A stretch of DNA of 52,581 bases from Octopus bimaculoides (Eukaryota). The stretch's first letter is position 1. The number at the start of each line of letters is the position of its first letter. A program made the position numbers and the translations under genes. This document shows, piece after piece, positions 35,621 to 49,880 of the stretch. The stretch is taken from contig NC_068994.1 in assembly GCF_001194135.2 (NCBI RefSeq), forward strand, positions 23,901,358 through 23,953,938. The letters are read 5' to 3'. The notes under the pieces were generated by a model that saw nothing but the letters and a program-made list of their open reading frames with translations, did not search any database and was not told the origin of the DNA.

Positions 35621-37039
35621 TTTAATAGGTCTCATTCGAAGAGTTAGAAAATAATGTCGGATGATAGATCCAAAATTCAGGGTAATGTTTTATTTTTATT
35701 TTTGGTGCCTTTGTTATATTTTCATAACGGTAGTATTTTTGTTTTACGTCAACTCCTTTTGTGAAGCTCTCTGCTCTTGTAGGCTTTTGTGTTAAACTAG
35801 GGTATGGATATGTTTTTCATTGAGAAGTGTAATGTCATTGGTTACATTTTAGATTTATGTTTACATAAGTGTTCAGAGAATGTATGATATAGAGTTCGAC
35901 CTTGTTAGAAAATTTAACTTACCCTTTAAAAAATAANNNNNNNNNNGATAGATATACATGTGTGTGTGTGTGTGTGTGTGTGCGTGCGTATAATATTAGA
36001 ATGAGACTACTATACAAAAGGAAAAGTGAAGGCAAAATGTAATTATTAGTTTGTCGCTCAAAAAGAGAAAACAATTTAGTAGCTTGAAATGAACTGTAGA
36101 ATCTACGAGTAATAATTGTAACCATTTCTTAATGGTCTATCTATCTAAGTTATTTAACGGAATCGTATTGCTAATCATGAATGTTACGAGTAATATTAAG
36201 TTTGGTTGTCAGATCATTTGTTTCTATTATGAAAAAAAATATTTCGTAAGTGATTCGTATGTTGATTAGAGAAAATAAACTACAGGAATTAAATCATATA
36301 AGAAAGGGCGTCAATCAGGAAAGAAAAAGACATATTGAAATACATTTGAACCGGATTAAATTGTCAAAAAATATCTAATACTCTTTCTTTGTACGTTTTG
36401 TATTTTCTATGAAATTGCTTTCATGGAAATCAGATATTGTGTTACTTAAGTTATCGGTCCTGAAATATAGTCTAGCAGAAATCAAAGAAAACACACAAAG
36501 AGAACAAGAATATGTTTTCTTTCTTTTTTTAAATCATTTATGTGAAGAACTAGAGATATGATGATGCATATCTATTGTTGAGATAGTGATTTTGAGAAAA
36601 ATTGAGAAAACCAATCTAACAAAGTGATTTCTGGAAATAATATCCCATGAAGAAATGTGAAATGGAAAAAAAATAGAGAGATTTAATGGCATTTCGTAGC
36701 ATTTCTTAAGAAGACAATTACTGCAGTTTATCTACTCGGAGAATCGGTAATGTTTCTTATTGGAAAATTATCTGTGAAAAACTCCATGGCGTGTAACCTT
36801 TCATCAATAAGTACTGATCATTTGTAAAAAGAATAAATTCTGGAGAGAAATAAGCGTGACTAATGGTGTTACTATGGAGATATTCAAGTAACTTTAGAAG
36901 AATGAGGTCGTAATTCCTGTTGTTGCATAGGAATTCAAACATTTCATGTAACAATGTTATGTAACTAAGATGTGATCTATAACGTATTAAAATGTATCTT
37001 TACAAATCAGTTATTTTTTGTTTCTTATGTTTAATATTG

Positions 37040-39480
37040 GATGGTACTAGCCATCCATCTACTCATTTTCTTCGCTTACTATTTCTGGGAAGGTAAAGAG
37101 AGTAGTGTCCTGGGGCCCCTTTCCAAAAGATCCTATCAGAAACAACCGTCATTAGACTTTCTGGAGGGATTCCCAGACTTGATCAACTAAGGCTATGGAT
37201 ATTATCCACTCATCTTGGTATATGCCTAGGTCTCCTGTCAGTTGGTATGGTTTAAAGAACCCGCATTCCGATTCTTTCTTGCGACATTCTTATCACATGT
37301 CTGTAGTGCTAGAGCTCGAACAGGAGGAACTTCCTGATGTTCCAGCCTAGCACCCGGTCGAGAAGTTACTCCAAAAATCCTTCCGAAGAACTCCATTTCG
37401 GCTGATCGTATGTGTTTGGTCATTATTCAACATTCATGAACCTAGGTGAGGATAGGCACTGAAAGCGAATTGAAGATAATGAATTTGGTCTTTTTACCAA
37501 CCTCTCCTCTTCTGTGGAGCTAATGCTGGAGCTGATGCACCTGCAATTCTTGCAGCCAATTCATTCAGACTCCTGCTTCCAATCACTCACTCGTGAATAT
37601 GGCCCAGAGATACTTAATCTTATCTTCTTGCCTCAGTGATATTCCACTAACATGGAGAGTGCACTAGAAGACTTTCTTGAGAAGATCAATCACTCAGAAT
37701 TTGTAACACTAATTCTCATACCTGCTTTGTAGCACTCGGTAATGAACCCATTCAGTGCATGCTGAAGATCTGATGAGTGAAATAGCCCCATGTTGTATGT
37801 AAATATTAGCCGATTAATCCTATACCAACCGACTGTGATACCTCTTCCATTTCCACAATGGCTGTGCATGTCAAACCAGTTCATAAAAAATATGAAAAGG
37901 GGAAATGTCAGTACATACCCCTGTCAAAGTTCAAAGCCTTACCACCAACACAAACATCTGGGCGTTCGTTAAGAGACATCAGGGCAACCAGAAGTTTCGA
38001 TTAATCCGAATGTTCTGCAAAATCTTCCATAGCATGTTTCACAGACGCGATTATATGCCTTTTGAGTGAGTTCTAGAAAGAAATAATTGATATTTAATCT
38101 GTTGTGCTGTGCCCAGAACGAAAGCCAGACCGTTCTTGCTTGGGCTCAACAATTTTCTTACATCTCTCATCAAGACACCTAGCGCAGACTTTAACAGGGA
38201 GATTCAACATGGAAAATCCTCTAAACTTAAAACACATTTCCTTGTTCCTCTCTTAAAATTAGAATTAACTCCCCGAAGTGCCATTGCTTTGGTGCCTTTC
38301 CAGAGATCCAAGCAACCTGCCATATACGAGTCAGCCAGAGAATACTTTGTCTCTTTAAAACATTGAACATATCAGACCCTATTGCATTCTTTCCAGCTCA
38401 CTTGCCATATTTGAGCGTTTTAATCATCTCCATGATTTCAGCATCTGTAAGTTTAGTCATCGCTCCTAGATGAACCTTGTATCTAGCAGAGGATCTTATC
38501 GTGATTGGATTTAAAAGATCAGCAAAATATTTTCCCTGCCTCCCAAGAATGCTCTTCTCCCTATACAAAATAACTCTAGGTGAGTTCTTAATGTCAGCTG
38601 GGGTTTCTTATTAAGAAAGGGGACGAATGGTCTACCAGAATATGTTATTGACCAATCTAAAGTCAGAGTTCAGCTTAAATCTAAAGTCCTCCCATGACTT
38701 AACCATTGACATTGTTATTGTCTCTGCTACAACTTTTCGTGCTTCAGTGCACCACCTACGTAGAAGGGGAGACTTGATTTCATGCCAAATTTCATTAGCC
38801 CCCTTCTTTGCTCCAATAGCATTTTGACTCCCTGGTTAAATAGGAATTTCTTTTGCACCGACGGCTTTCGTCAACAGATTTGTATAGAAGGATAAACTTT
38901 TGAACAAGACAATTTCTACTTTGTTTCAATATCCTCACTTTCTTCAGGAAGGTCTCTAAATTTGGTTGCGATAGTATCCACACATTTCTTTCTCATGTCA
39001 CTTTATCCTGTAAGTCGCAATTACCAGTTCTGTGAGCTCCCCTACTGTACTATGTTTCAGGTTGCAGACAACTAGGTGGCTATCAGTTGGTTGCTCCGTC
39101 TCTTCTTAACACGAACACCCAACACAGAATCAAATTGATTGGAGGTTGATAACAAATCTGTCACTAGTTATCCCTATACCAGATATATTTACAGCTATTC
39201 CTGTGTTGAAAGAATGTGTTCATAAGAGCGAGACCATTTCCACTTCGAAAGCCTAGTAAGGTATTTGCATTGAGTCCATGATCACCATTCCTTTCAATCA
39301 TTCTTTTCTATATCCAGTGCTCAACGCCAACATGTGTATTGACGCCTCCTTCTACAACAAATAGCTCAGTCTTAATTACAATTATGGCTGCAGTGAATTA
39401 ATCAAGGAAGGGTTTATATTTGGCCTCACTGTTTCATACACAAACTTGCAACAGCCACTGCGGTCTTTCCTTCATCTTAA
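37040..39480 (-). mobile_element. Decayed RTE-like LINE (APE plus RT)
   Basis: APE remnants LALMNTFFQH and TDSHLVVCNL. RT remnants LFIFFMNW, INRL, LQHALNGFITECYKAGMRIS, and AEMEFFGRIFGVT after the RT. Confidence 0.75.
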
Positions 39481-41614
39481 ACCTCTCGGTAAACCCTTCC
39501 ACCAACTGGGATCTACTCCATGATACAATCTCTGAGGATCAAATACAAATGCTATTTTTCTGCCTGGCACACATAAGATCAACAAAAGCTGCAATATGAA
39601 AGAGTTTCGAAAGAGCAACCATACCATAATGTATCGTCCGTTCAAAAAATATTTTACAGTATCCACTCAGTGCCTTTAAATATATAATAAGCCTGCCTTT
39701 GATACCGTAGATAATACTGACTTCATACAAAATGACAAAAATGATTGATCTTTATGAAAAAAACAAGCCTTCTTTTGTTGCTTTACAACATTGCTATTGT
39801 ACTGCAAATTTTTGCTGCTACTCATATTCATTAAGTTTTGCAATGATGTAAAATTCTCGCATAATCAGTTCCTTGCTTTAAAAGTTGTACATAAAATTTA
39901 ATGGTTTTTATTAGATATAACCGAATTTTCAAAACTATATTAATAAATGATAAGTATCAAACATGTCCTACTGTTTGCTTCATACTAATTCAATTATTAT
40001 AATGTTATAGCGGTTGGTGAATGCGGTAATACTTTGGATTCTAAGTTGGCACCATTTTACTTGCTACACTAATTCCATTCTACAAACCGTAAATGCTATA
40101 ATTTTATATTTCTTTGTCCAGAAAAACTCAAAAACATGCCTGGCCAACAAATCCGTATAATTTGTGCTTTTCAACATGCTTCATTACAAAAGCAGTCTCA
40201 GATGGAAGTTATACAAATCATCTTTCATTAGTAAGTAAATTACAGATGCATAATTTCTCCTACATTTTTCGTTAGTAAGGATACTATTTTCAAAAATATA
40301 ACAAGGATACCAGAGCCGTGCAAATAAGAGTCGAGAATTTTGGCTCATTAAATTTTAGAAGCGGTACTAATTCATTTCACATTTAAGTGAGTTTGTACGT
40401 TTCTGTTATTATGGATACTTGTTGACTGATATGTTATCTGTAATTTGCTTACTAATACACTCTAACAGAGAAACAGATGTGAACACATGACACTAGAATA
40501 TCAAATACCAACCGGAAATGTGTTAGTTCTTCATGTAAATGGGGAACATATTTCAATGACTTCATGAATGGTTCTTCAATTACTTTTGAAAGAAATAGCA
40601 TACTTAGTTCAATGAATAATGGCAGGTAGTGTAACAGTTTGTAATAAAAAACTTCAGGCGATGACGATTGATCGTAGCCATTCATATAATGTCATATTAA
40701 CAAATTAATTATACAAAATAATAATTTGATATCAAACAAGTCATTTTATAACTACCATTATTTTAGACGAGTGAAAGAAAATGTTCAGTAATATATTTTT
40801 AATGTACAGTCAAAACGCATTTGAATGCTTGAAACATCATAATCGTAATAGAAAAAGCAAAATTCCACAAACGTCGGTGTTTTTTTCAAGCTCTTTTTAT
40901 TGCTAAATTTTGATCACTATAACAGTTAGTTACATAAAAATAATTCGGCCCAACCTAAAGTGATGAGCGATGCATAATATATTGCTGATAATATTTATTC
41001 ATTTGATACATGATACTCCGTTAAGACATTCAAAAAGTATCCCACGCGTATGATACTCATAACAGTGAAATTAAACTGTCTTCTATCTTTTAAAGATATC
41101 TACAAATTTTCTATAAAACTTACAGCCACCGCTGAAAGTTACGAGGTTTTTTTATACGAAACTTAGTGGCTATTTAAGCCATGTGTTCGTTGGTCGTGGT
41201 GCTAATAAAGGAGTAATAGCTCCTGAAATATGTAACACACCCATTACCTATTTTTGTATTTTCGATCACATTGCTTTCGTAAATGTATTCATATAGGAAA
41301 CGTCCTAACTTTCAGTGCTGGCTCAAAGTTCAATAGAAAATCTGTAGGACACAGTATTGACTTATGAACCTTTAATATACTTGGTAATATTTTGTGGTTG
41401 CAAAACGAAATACAGTGTTCCTATCAGCAATTAATAAATCCTCATTGCATCAGCTCCAACGCCTTGTAAAAACTATCATCGCATTTTAGGTATTGGACGG
41501 GCTAGAACAGCAAAAACACAAAATGTATCTCCAACTTGTAATATTAGACGATTTTACAAGGCATCTCATACCTTTTTTCTATTGTAGATACAATGCTTGA
41601 AATTTAGGAAGCTG

Positions 41615-41757
41615 GGGCTAGTTCAGTACATCGATCCTAGTGTTCAAATGGTTCATATATCATCGATTTCGAAAGGATGAAAGGTAAAGACGGCTTCGGC
41701 CGCATCTGAATTTAGCATGTAAAGAGTCGCTAAGCATTTTGTCCGGCGCGATAATAT
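41615..41757 (-). mobile_element. tRNA-derived SINE
   Basis: Reverse complement reads CGCGCCGGACAAAATGCTTAGCG...TTTACCTTTCATCCTTTCGAAATCGAT...GATCGATGTA. Confidence 0.7.
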
Positions 41758-44235
41758 CTACCTTTCATATAATGACAGTATGAAAGCAAACAAACGAGAC
41801 TGATATCTAAGAATATTATTTTCAAGTTTCATAATAAATCTCATTGTTTGATTACTGAATCAAATTCCTGTTCTTCTACAAAAAAAAGAAAAATGCATCT
41901 ACGTCTTCAAAACTCTACAAAATTTGGTAAACACAGTTTATCCTTCAAATTTTATAAATGAAAATATATAAAAAATGCTAGACTGGCCTGTACTTCCAAA
42001 CTTCAGATTGTACAACCAATATACTACTCATTCACGGAGATGAGGATTCATATTGAAGATATTGAGAAAGGTTGATTTTATAGTGTTACAGTCGAAAGAA
42101 ATTAAATTTTCTTTTTTGTCTATACCTATAGGTTTTGTTAATGGCCACACAAATGTGAGCCAAGTGTGATCGAACTTAACACGAAAACTACCGCTCCTCT
42201 GTAATTATATTTGATGTTGTACCCTAAAGTCTACAGGGCTACTGAAGCTACTGTTGTTTCTGCTATGTTTGTGTATATAGGATGTTGTTTTTAACATCAA
42301 AGTAAACCCTGATCGGCAACTATAATTAAAGTTGTCCGAGCCGTATATTTTGTACATCAAGAATTACGCTGTCAAAATATACGTCCTATTTTATTTCGAT
42401 AGGATACAATGCGAAGGCAACTGGGGTACTAACCAGTCGAGCGACTGGATGACAATTCTATCTCAGATTCGTATGTGTATAAGTTTTTATTTCATGTTCT
42501 TCTGGAGTAAGTCAGAGAGATTGTTCTTATGAAATTGTTGCAGTTGTGTTTGGGAATGATATAGCACAAAAGTATGTATCTTTTTCTGAGAGACCTTATT
42601 AACATTCATGAAGCATGTGAGAATTAGCATTTGCTGTAAAAAAAAATCCAAGTTTTTTAAGTTGTCTTTCACTTTTAGTTCAACTATCAGGTTTTGTTCT
42701 GCGACCTCGTAGGCGTTTCAAGATTGGTTTCATGAAAGGTCAATTTTATCATCTTTAGAGAAAACAAAAACAACTAATGTAGCTTTACTGTTTATGTAGT
42801 GGTTTATTATAATTTATATTATAATATTTATGAACAATCGTATCAAAAGTTTATCTTCAAACAAAAGAATCCTTACTTGAAACAAATTATGAGTGACCTC
42901 TCATTTCGTGATTATCCAGTTTAAGTCATTATACACCTCCAATATATATCCTTTCCTTGTGTTTTAACTAGAGCCTCTGCTTTTATATAAAGTGTACTTT
43001 CTTTAGTCTACTGCGGTAGGATTTCACGGTTCCCTGCAGACTATTTTCCTGTAAACAGCAAATAGCCTTTGATGAGTGCCGTTTCGGACGATAATCTTGA
43101 AACATGATGGTCAACTCTTTTGACATTTACACATCAAAATGGGATGTTGATCATATAGGCATTGTGATGTTTACGCTCCTGTTATAATCACCTGCACTAC
43201 TGCTATAGATCAAACTGTGAGTGGTCCACATTTGAGTGTACAGCTTTCGTTACTACAGTACTACAGTAATAAAAAGATACACTACTGTTGTTCTAAAAAT
43301 AAATTTACATTCCTAGGTTATTCTTGATGTACTGGAGAAAATGACGATAAAAGGCTTATTTGAAACTGTAGAGATAGACAAAGTTTGATCGATATAATCA
43401 GATGCTATTTCAACTACAACCTTCAATATACTAATATATTAAAACAATATTTTATATTCTTATACGATAACTAACGTTTTAGAAAGTTGTCGGTAAAATA
43501 CCTGAACATGACAGAATATTGTAAAACGTATTAAAATAGTGGAAATATGAGATAGATTTCATTATGCATTTGGTCAAAATTTATAAAGTGCGGATAATGC
43601 TTTTGCAACAATTCTTATGGCAAATGAATTGACAATTAATCATGGATTAAAAATTAAATACAGTAAAAATATCAAAATATTTATTCCATCGTGCATTATG
43701 CATCCAAAATATTAAACCACGCCGAGAAATAAAAAAAGAAACCAGTAGAATCACATTAAAAGTACATACCTGTAACTAATGCACGGATTAATTCATTCTT
43801 AGACAAACTTAGCACAAACAAACGTCTTTTTTTGTGTGAGGGGCGGGGTTGTATACACTCGCAAATGATAGACTTGCAAAATAACTAAAACTTACAAAAT
43901 TTCAGCGAAGTAAATTCTTAAAGTATAATCCTCAAAATGAGAAAGAAATCTTACATTTATAAAACAGTATGGATTTTATAAAAATACGCATGAATAAAAC
44001 GTTATGCATATATATAAATGTAATTTATGTGAATTGTTTAACAGAAAGATACGTGTAAATAGTACAAGCGACAAGAAAATGTGTATTAATATAAGATGAG
44101 AATCAAAGCATGCACCGTCTGCTGGTTACAACAAAATTCAAAATTCTATCATGCATTATCTCTTCAAAAATGTTTCAACAATATAAATACTGTATATATA
44201 TAAACATGTGTGTATAACACACACACACACACACA

Positions 44236-44299
<64 letters not shown>

Positions 44300-44322
44300 N
44301 NNNNNNNNNNNNNNNNNNNNNN

Positions 44323-44363
<41 letters not shown>

Positions 44364-44416
44364 TGTCTGTCTATGTATGTGCGTATGTATGCATGCACGT
44401 ATGTCTGTATGTAACT

Positions 44417-45250
44417 GCATATGGACAAAGATTAGAAGCTAAAACCAAATTTATTTATTTAGGAAGTACTCTGAGCACTACTGGTCTTGATAATGAAGTT
44501 TTGTGTAGAATCAGCAAGGCGAGTAGTGCTTTGGGTAAGTTTAACAAGCGTCTCTGATCACCCCATAGTATATCTACCCATACTAAAGTTAGGGTTTATA
44601 GTACATGTGTTCCGCCATTATTGCTCTATGGAAATGAGACATGGGTTGTTTGCTGCAGGCATTTAAGGTATTTAGAACATCATCAATGTTGTCTTAGAAA
44701 ACTTCTTGGGATAGGTTGGAGAATGGCGATCGGTGATGTTGGGGTACTTGAGAGAAGTGGTAGTAGGAGTGTAGAATCGATGTTTCTGAAAAGTCGTTTG
44801 AGTTGGAGTGGACATCTAGTGAGAATGAATGACGAAAGACTTTCTAAGCAACTTTTGTATGGTGAGCTGGAAGATGGTTGGAGGCCAGCACATAAACCCA
44901 AAATGTGGTTCAAGGACTGCCTCAGAATTGTTCTGATATAGACAAGAGTTCCAATTGTTGATTGGGAGAGGGAAGCACAAGACCGAAATAGATGAAGCAA
45001 AAGAGTGCACAGTGGTTGTTCGAAGTTTGAAAATGGGAGAATGAAGCAAAAAAAGATCAAGAGAATGTTTAGAAAAAGGAGTGCTGCTTTCAATGTGTAT
45101 GATTTGTGGGAAGAAATAATAGAGTCTCATGCAGGCTTGGTCAGCCAGCCGTCAGAGAACTCACAGGAATCAATCCCTTGTAAATTGTTATACGGCTATT
45201 GTTCACAACCGAACAATTGCAAATCATGTACCTTTCAGTTGGATGAATAA
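44417..45250 (+). mobile_element. RTE/BovB-type LINE 3' fragment
   Basis: KFIYLGSTLS, RISKASSALG, LYGNETW, HQCCLRKLLGIGW, RLSWSGHLVRM, KQLLYGEL, FKDCL, and an SHAGLVS zinc-finger remnant. Confidence 0.9.
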
Positions 45251-45478
45251 AAATACTTCATACTGTGACACCTATTTTTTTCCGTCAACCAGCACAGCTG
45301 TGCATTTTAGAATAGAATATGTAAATCTGTGGGCTCAAGAGTCATACAAGGACCTCATATTGCATCATCAATAACTCATTTCAATGATTCTTTCTAGCAA
45401 TTTTCTTTGCTCGTATACGAGAAAGCAGTTACCATATATGTATGTGTGTATGTATGTTTGTATGTATGTATGTATGTA

Positions 45479-45790
45479 CAAAGTATTCGGATAGTTTGCA
45501 TAAAAGGAAAAGAAAACACAATGTCCTATCCAAAAATAAAAGAATTTTAGAAAATCAAAAATATCAACTAGATTATGACTGGGAGTTAACAGTTTACTGA
45601 AAGCTTCCACCACAGCGTCAAGACGGCTTCAGAACTTGGCATATGATTTCTTCACAGTGTCCATCGAACATTTCCGAATACCTGCATTGATCTTGGCCAT
45701 GAGCTCGGCCTTGGTATTGCAGGCAGAGCAATTGGTGTGTTTCTGAACCGTACAACTTACACAGTAACCTATGGGATTACATTTTCATGA
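45479..45790 (-). mobile_element. C-terminal fragment of a Tc1/mariner-superfamily (maT-like) element
   Basis: CNPIGY...NTKAELMAKI...SRLDAVVEA. Probable terminus TA|CAAAGTATTCGGATAG at 45477-45494. Confidence 0.6.
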
Positions 45791-45899
45791 CTCTACAAGT
45801 GCTATAAATATATCGGCCAGACCTAATGGACTCCACCACAGAATCTGTTACACCTCACCAAGTGGAGTCGTATCACTAGCCACTCTTAGGCACTGACTT

Positions 45900-46330
45900 T
45901 ATTAATATCTATTTAATTCTCTGCGTGAGCATATGCTTATATCTTCGTGTGAGTGTGTACGAGTAAGTGTACGTGCGCCAGACAACGTACACGAGGACAT
46001 TTGTGCGTCTTTATCTACAACCGGCTAAATCTAATACTTTTTTCAGTGTATTTGTTTCTTTTTGCATCTGATATTTGTTATTGATCTTCTATAATAATGA
46101 AGCTGTATCCCTTAATTCGCTGCTTTTCTATACACATACCGAGAAGAATTCTTACGGAACAGATGTTAATTTAACGAGATACATCGTTTAATCACTTGAA
46201 GAGACACATCCACACCGAGGATATACCTAAACCAGATGTTCGGTATCCCACTTGTGAGGGATCGATGTTAGATGGGTCGAAACAATTGTAGTGATACAGT
46301 CTCGTATCTTCCATCTTCCGTCACTTTCAT
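45900..46330 (+). mobile_element. PLE pseudo-LTR fragment related to the 31.3-kb pLTR
   Basis: Shares GATCTTCTATA..ATGAA, the hammerhead and the TCTCGTAT.TTCCATCTTC tail with the 31254-31720 region (reverse complement). Confidence 0.75.
46191..46295 (+). ncRNA. Type I hammerhead with 76-nt stem II domain
   Basis: ATCAC-TTGAAGA (C3 to U)-GACAC...GGGTC-GAA-ACAATTGT-A-GTGAT; predicted GUA cleavage triplet. Confidence 0.7.
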
Positions 46331-46345
46331 TAATCACATATTAAT

Positions 46346-46412
<67 letters not shown>

Positions 46413-46749
46413 TTTTTTCAAATACAAGGAAAAAATAAATAAACAGTTACCAGGGTAACAAAAGTTCACATAAGTGCCAAAGATATTACAGCCTGCTTTT
46501 AAAGTTAGAAATTCCAGAGTTAAGGGAAATGTTTTTGTATAACATGGGTAAATGAAGAAATAGAGTCAAACGCAGATGTTATTCAAACCATACTTCCAAA
46601 ATATGGTTCGAAAGAGGCATTGAGATTATTCTGATATAAATTCGAATCATATTTGTTTGCTTAATTCTAAGACTGCAAACTCTGTTTATCAACGTAAAAT
46701 TACTTCCGGTTCTGATATCTTTTTTTTATACAGGTAGCTCATTGTCTCA

Positions 46750-47045
46750 GTCGTCGAAAAGAATATCTAACTATTACTCTACATTCAGACATATCAATAA
46801 ACGCAACAAAACTGGGCTTAGTAAATTAGTTTGGTCTCTAAAGGAACATAATAAACAATCCGGTTTGGAATGAAAAATTCTATCTAGATCCTTCCCATAT
46901 GACAAAGGTAAATCTTTTTGTCCGCTCTGTAACGATGAGCAATTTCTTATCCTTTTCTCGGAGAATACTCTTGTAAACACGTTTAAAGAATGCGTTTATC
47001 GTTGTAAACATTGGAAAAAACATATCTTTAGTTCCTATAAGTAAT
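46750..47045 (+). mobile_element. PLE GIY-YIG C-terminal fragment (third family)
   Basis: STFRHINKRNKTGLSKLVWSLKE..*KIL..PY..FCPLCNDEQFLIL..CKHWKK. Confidence 0.85.
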
Positions 47046-47544
47046 TACTACCGATCTATAAAATTCTTCTACTTTTAGGCTTTTTAATGCACCCCCTCAA
47101 CTTTTCAATTTTTTTCCCGAAATTTTACGACTAGAGTCGAGTGTTATTTATATACGGATGCACAAACACACAAAACGGAGAAACTGAAACAAATATGGAC
47201 GACTTGTTCCGAAACACCTCCGAGTGAGGAACAGTTAGTAAAATTAACCCCCAATTGTTTTTCCCCAACATCCTATTTGCTTGGAATTTACACAGCCCGA
47301 GGTATATTTGTAGACAATTTCATTAAAGAATATCCATTTTCCTGAGAGTTAAGATGAATTGAAGTGGACTCCAGTGAATTTTCCGAAACTCCTCCCCACT
47401 GCTTCCTAAAACACTTTCCCACCAAAATTTTGTACATTCAGAATTTACATGATATAACACATATTCGTAGAAAATGTCATTAAAAAAATATCCATTTTTC
47501 TGAAAGTTATCCTCATCCAAAGTCTGGGTGGGGCGGAAAGCCTG

Positions 47545-47780
47545 TGGTGAGATGGTACCAATTGTCAATGATCTCATAATGCATGTGCTCCCAAACATTG
47601 CACAAAACTTTAGCAACAGTCAATGGCTACGTAATGATGCTGTCAAGAAAATCAACTATTGCAGCTGTTTGCAGGACAAGAACACTCTTTCAAATCCCTC
47701 GACACTGTCATTGATCTGTTTTTTCCAACTGAGTTCGTGAACTTTTTACAGCCATCTGGGATGCTACCTCAACACTTAAC
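47545..47780 (+). mobile_element. Helitron RepHel helicase (Pif1-like) fragment
   Basis: DLIMHVLPNIAQNFSNSQWL, NDAVKKIN, and after a frameshift GQEHSFKSLDTVIDLFFPTEFVNFLQPSGMLPQHL. Confidence 0.8.
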
Positions 47781-47796
47781 ACTTAATTTATTTCTT

Positions 47797-47903
47797 CGAT
47801 GATTAATTTAGGGTGCTTGAATGTGCGTGGAATGGGGTCGAAATGGAAACAGTCTTGTTTTCTGGACGACAACCTCATTTCACATAGAATAGATGTAGCT
47901 GTT

Positions 47904-47906
<3 letters not shown>
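47797..47906 (+). mobile_element. L1/Tx1-like APE endonuclease N-terminus fragment
   Basis: MINLGCLNVRGMGSKWKQSCFLDDNLISHRIDVAVV (the SLNVRG motif), cut off by (TA)n. Confidence 0.65.
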
Positions 47907-47950
<44 letters not shown>

Positions 47951-48024
47951 ATAATTAAGGGATCAGCAACAGTTGCTTCACAACATACCGAAGTTCAGAA
48001 ATAGCAGCTAAAATGCTATATATT

Positions 48025-48218
48025 CGTCTGTGTCTTTGTGTTTGTTCCCCCACCGACCACTTGCTACCTATGTTGATGATTTTACGTCCGATATAAAACG
48101 ACCGATATAATAAGTACCAGCCTTTGAAAAATAAGTACTGGGTTCGATTTGTTCCACTCAGCCCTTCAAAGCGGTGCACCAGCATGTCCACTGTCCAATG
48201 ACTGAAACAAGTAAAAGC
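48025..48218 (+). mobile_element. SINE 3' tail segment
   Basis: TTTGTTCCCCC...AATAAGTACTGGGTTCGATTTG...AATGACTGAAACAAGTAAAAG. Confidence 0.75.
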
Positions 48219-48351
48219 TCAAAGATATATACATCACTTGCATGCACATGTGTGTATATGCGTTTTCAAAGATGTATTATACATTATCCATGTTTATATA
48301 CATTACACTGTTAACAATATATATATGTAGAATATCCATTTTCCTGAGGTG

Positions 48352-48510
48352 TAGGAGTGGCGGTGTGATAAGAAGCTTGTTTCCCAGCCATATGGTTCTG
48401 GGTTCAGTCCCATTGCGTGGCATCTTGGGTAAGTATCTTCTACTATAGCCCCGGGCCGACCAAAGAATTGTGGGTGGATTTGGTAGACAGAAATTGAAAG
48501 AAGCCTGTCG

Positions 48511-48542
<32 letters not shown>

Positions 48543-48866
48543 TAAAATAATAAGGGTGAAAATTGAATAATAATTTGATTAATAGCAATTTAAAACTAGT
48601 GGCCTATCATATTGAACAATCTGAAGATGTACGTATGTATGTATTTATATATTTGTGTGTCTGTGTTTGTCCCCCAGCCACCACCACCATCGCTTGACAA
48701 CCAATGCTGGTGTGTTTACATCTCCGCAACTTAGCAGTTCGGCAATTGTGTCCGATAGAATAAGTACTAGGCTTACAAAGAATAAGTCTTGTGGTGGATT
48801 TGTTCGACTGAAGGCGATGCTCCAGCATGGTCGCAATCAAATGACTGAAATAAATAAAAGTAAAAG
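48352..48866 (+). mobile_element. Composite tRNA-derived SINE (head, microsatellite or insert, tail)
   Basis: Head GGAGTGGCGGTGTGATAAG...GGGTTCAGTCCC with CORE-like CATCTTGGGTAAGT; tail at 48655-48866. Confidence 0.8.
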
Positions 48867-49274
48867 TAATATATATGTGCGCGCGCGCGCGTGTGAGTGA
48901 GTGAGTGAGTGTTTGTGTGTCAATGTCTTTGTGTGTGTTTGTGTGAAATTTGGTAGAGAAGGAGTTAGTCCATTACATCGCTCTCAGTGCTTGACTGGTA
49001 CGTATTTTATCGATCACAAAGGGTTAATTAATTGGCAATGAACTAGAATACAATGAGCGTGATCGACAAGAATAACTTCCCGGACATTTTAAATGCAAGA
49101 CTAGAAAATTGAAAGTTAAAACACATACAAGCCTTTGTACAAAAGCAGGGACTTTAATATTGAAAATAGCGTCTTGTACACCAAGACTTGTATGAATTAT
49201 AGTGAAGCATAAAAATCACCAAATGTTTGTTCATAAATAATGACAACTCTGTGAGCTCACATTTGGTTGTTTAA

Positions 49275-49880
49275 AAATGCTCTAAAATGCTGCCGAACAG
49301 GAGATCTTGGGCAACTGAAATCCGAGTGTCATTTTGGTCAGCTGAAAGCAGTTTTGGAACAGACTTGGCAGGCATGCATCTCATACGCAAATCTACAGTG
49401 ATAATGGACTGAACTAAACCGTAAATAATCTGCACATCCTCTGATAACTCACGGATAGGGATTCGACGATTTCTCACAGCTGCACGCACATCTGTGATGT
49501 TTCTCTCAGTTCTGCTGGTTGTGTGTCTTCCAGAACGTTCGTTAATATCGACATTTTTTCGGCCATCTTGTAAACGTCTGAACCACATGTACACTTGTGC
49601 GCGGCTCATACACTCCTCTCCTTACACTTTCTGCAATTTTGCGTCGGCCTCTGCGCAGGTATCGCCATGACAACTTTCTCTGTCATGGTCAATGCTATGA
49701 TCACACGCTACACACCTTCATTCCAAGCACTGCTGTAAACAACGGAAGAGAGCTAGAACGTTAAAACTTAGTGTGCATGCACAGCAGAGTCCAAGGTCAA
49801 TCTTTGCCAAGCAGCTTCAGTCAACGTGCTTTAGCTTCTTTACTATGGCAATAGTCCGGATACTTATTGATCAGACCTAG
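49275..49880 (-). mobile_element. Mariner 5' half (TIR plus HTH region)
   Basis: TA|CTAGGTCTGATCAATAAGTATCCGGACT terminus at 49880. Translation MSRAQVYMWFRRLQDGR..ERSGR..PAKSVPKLLSADQ. Confidence 0.9.

Noticed and set aside
42105-42160. Polypyrimidine tract plus AG and a nearby GTGAGC as a micro-exon
   Set aside because: Such motifs arise by chance in AT-rich DNA and there is no supporting reading frame.
47190-47245. Possible hammerhead after the third PLE fragment (CTGA..AACAA/TTGTT..CCGAAAC)
   Set aside because: The core is incomplete, and stems I and III cannot be drawn convincingly.
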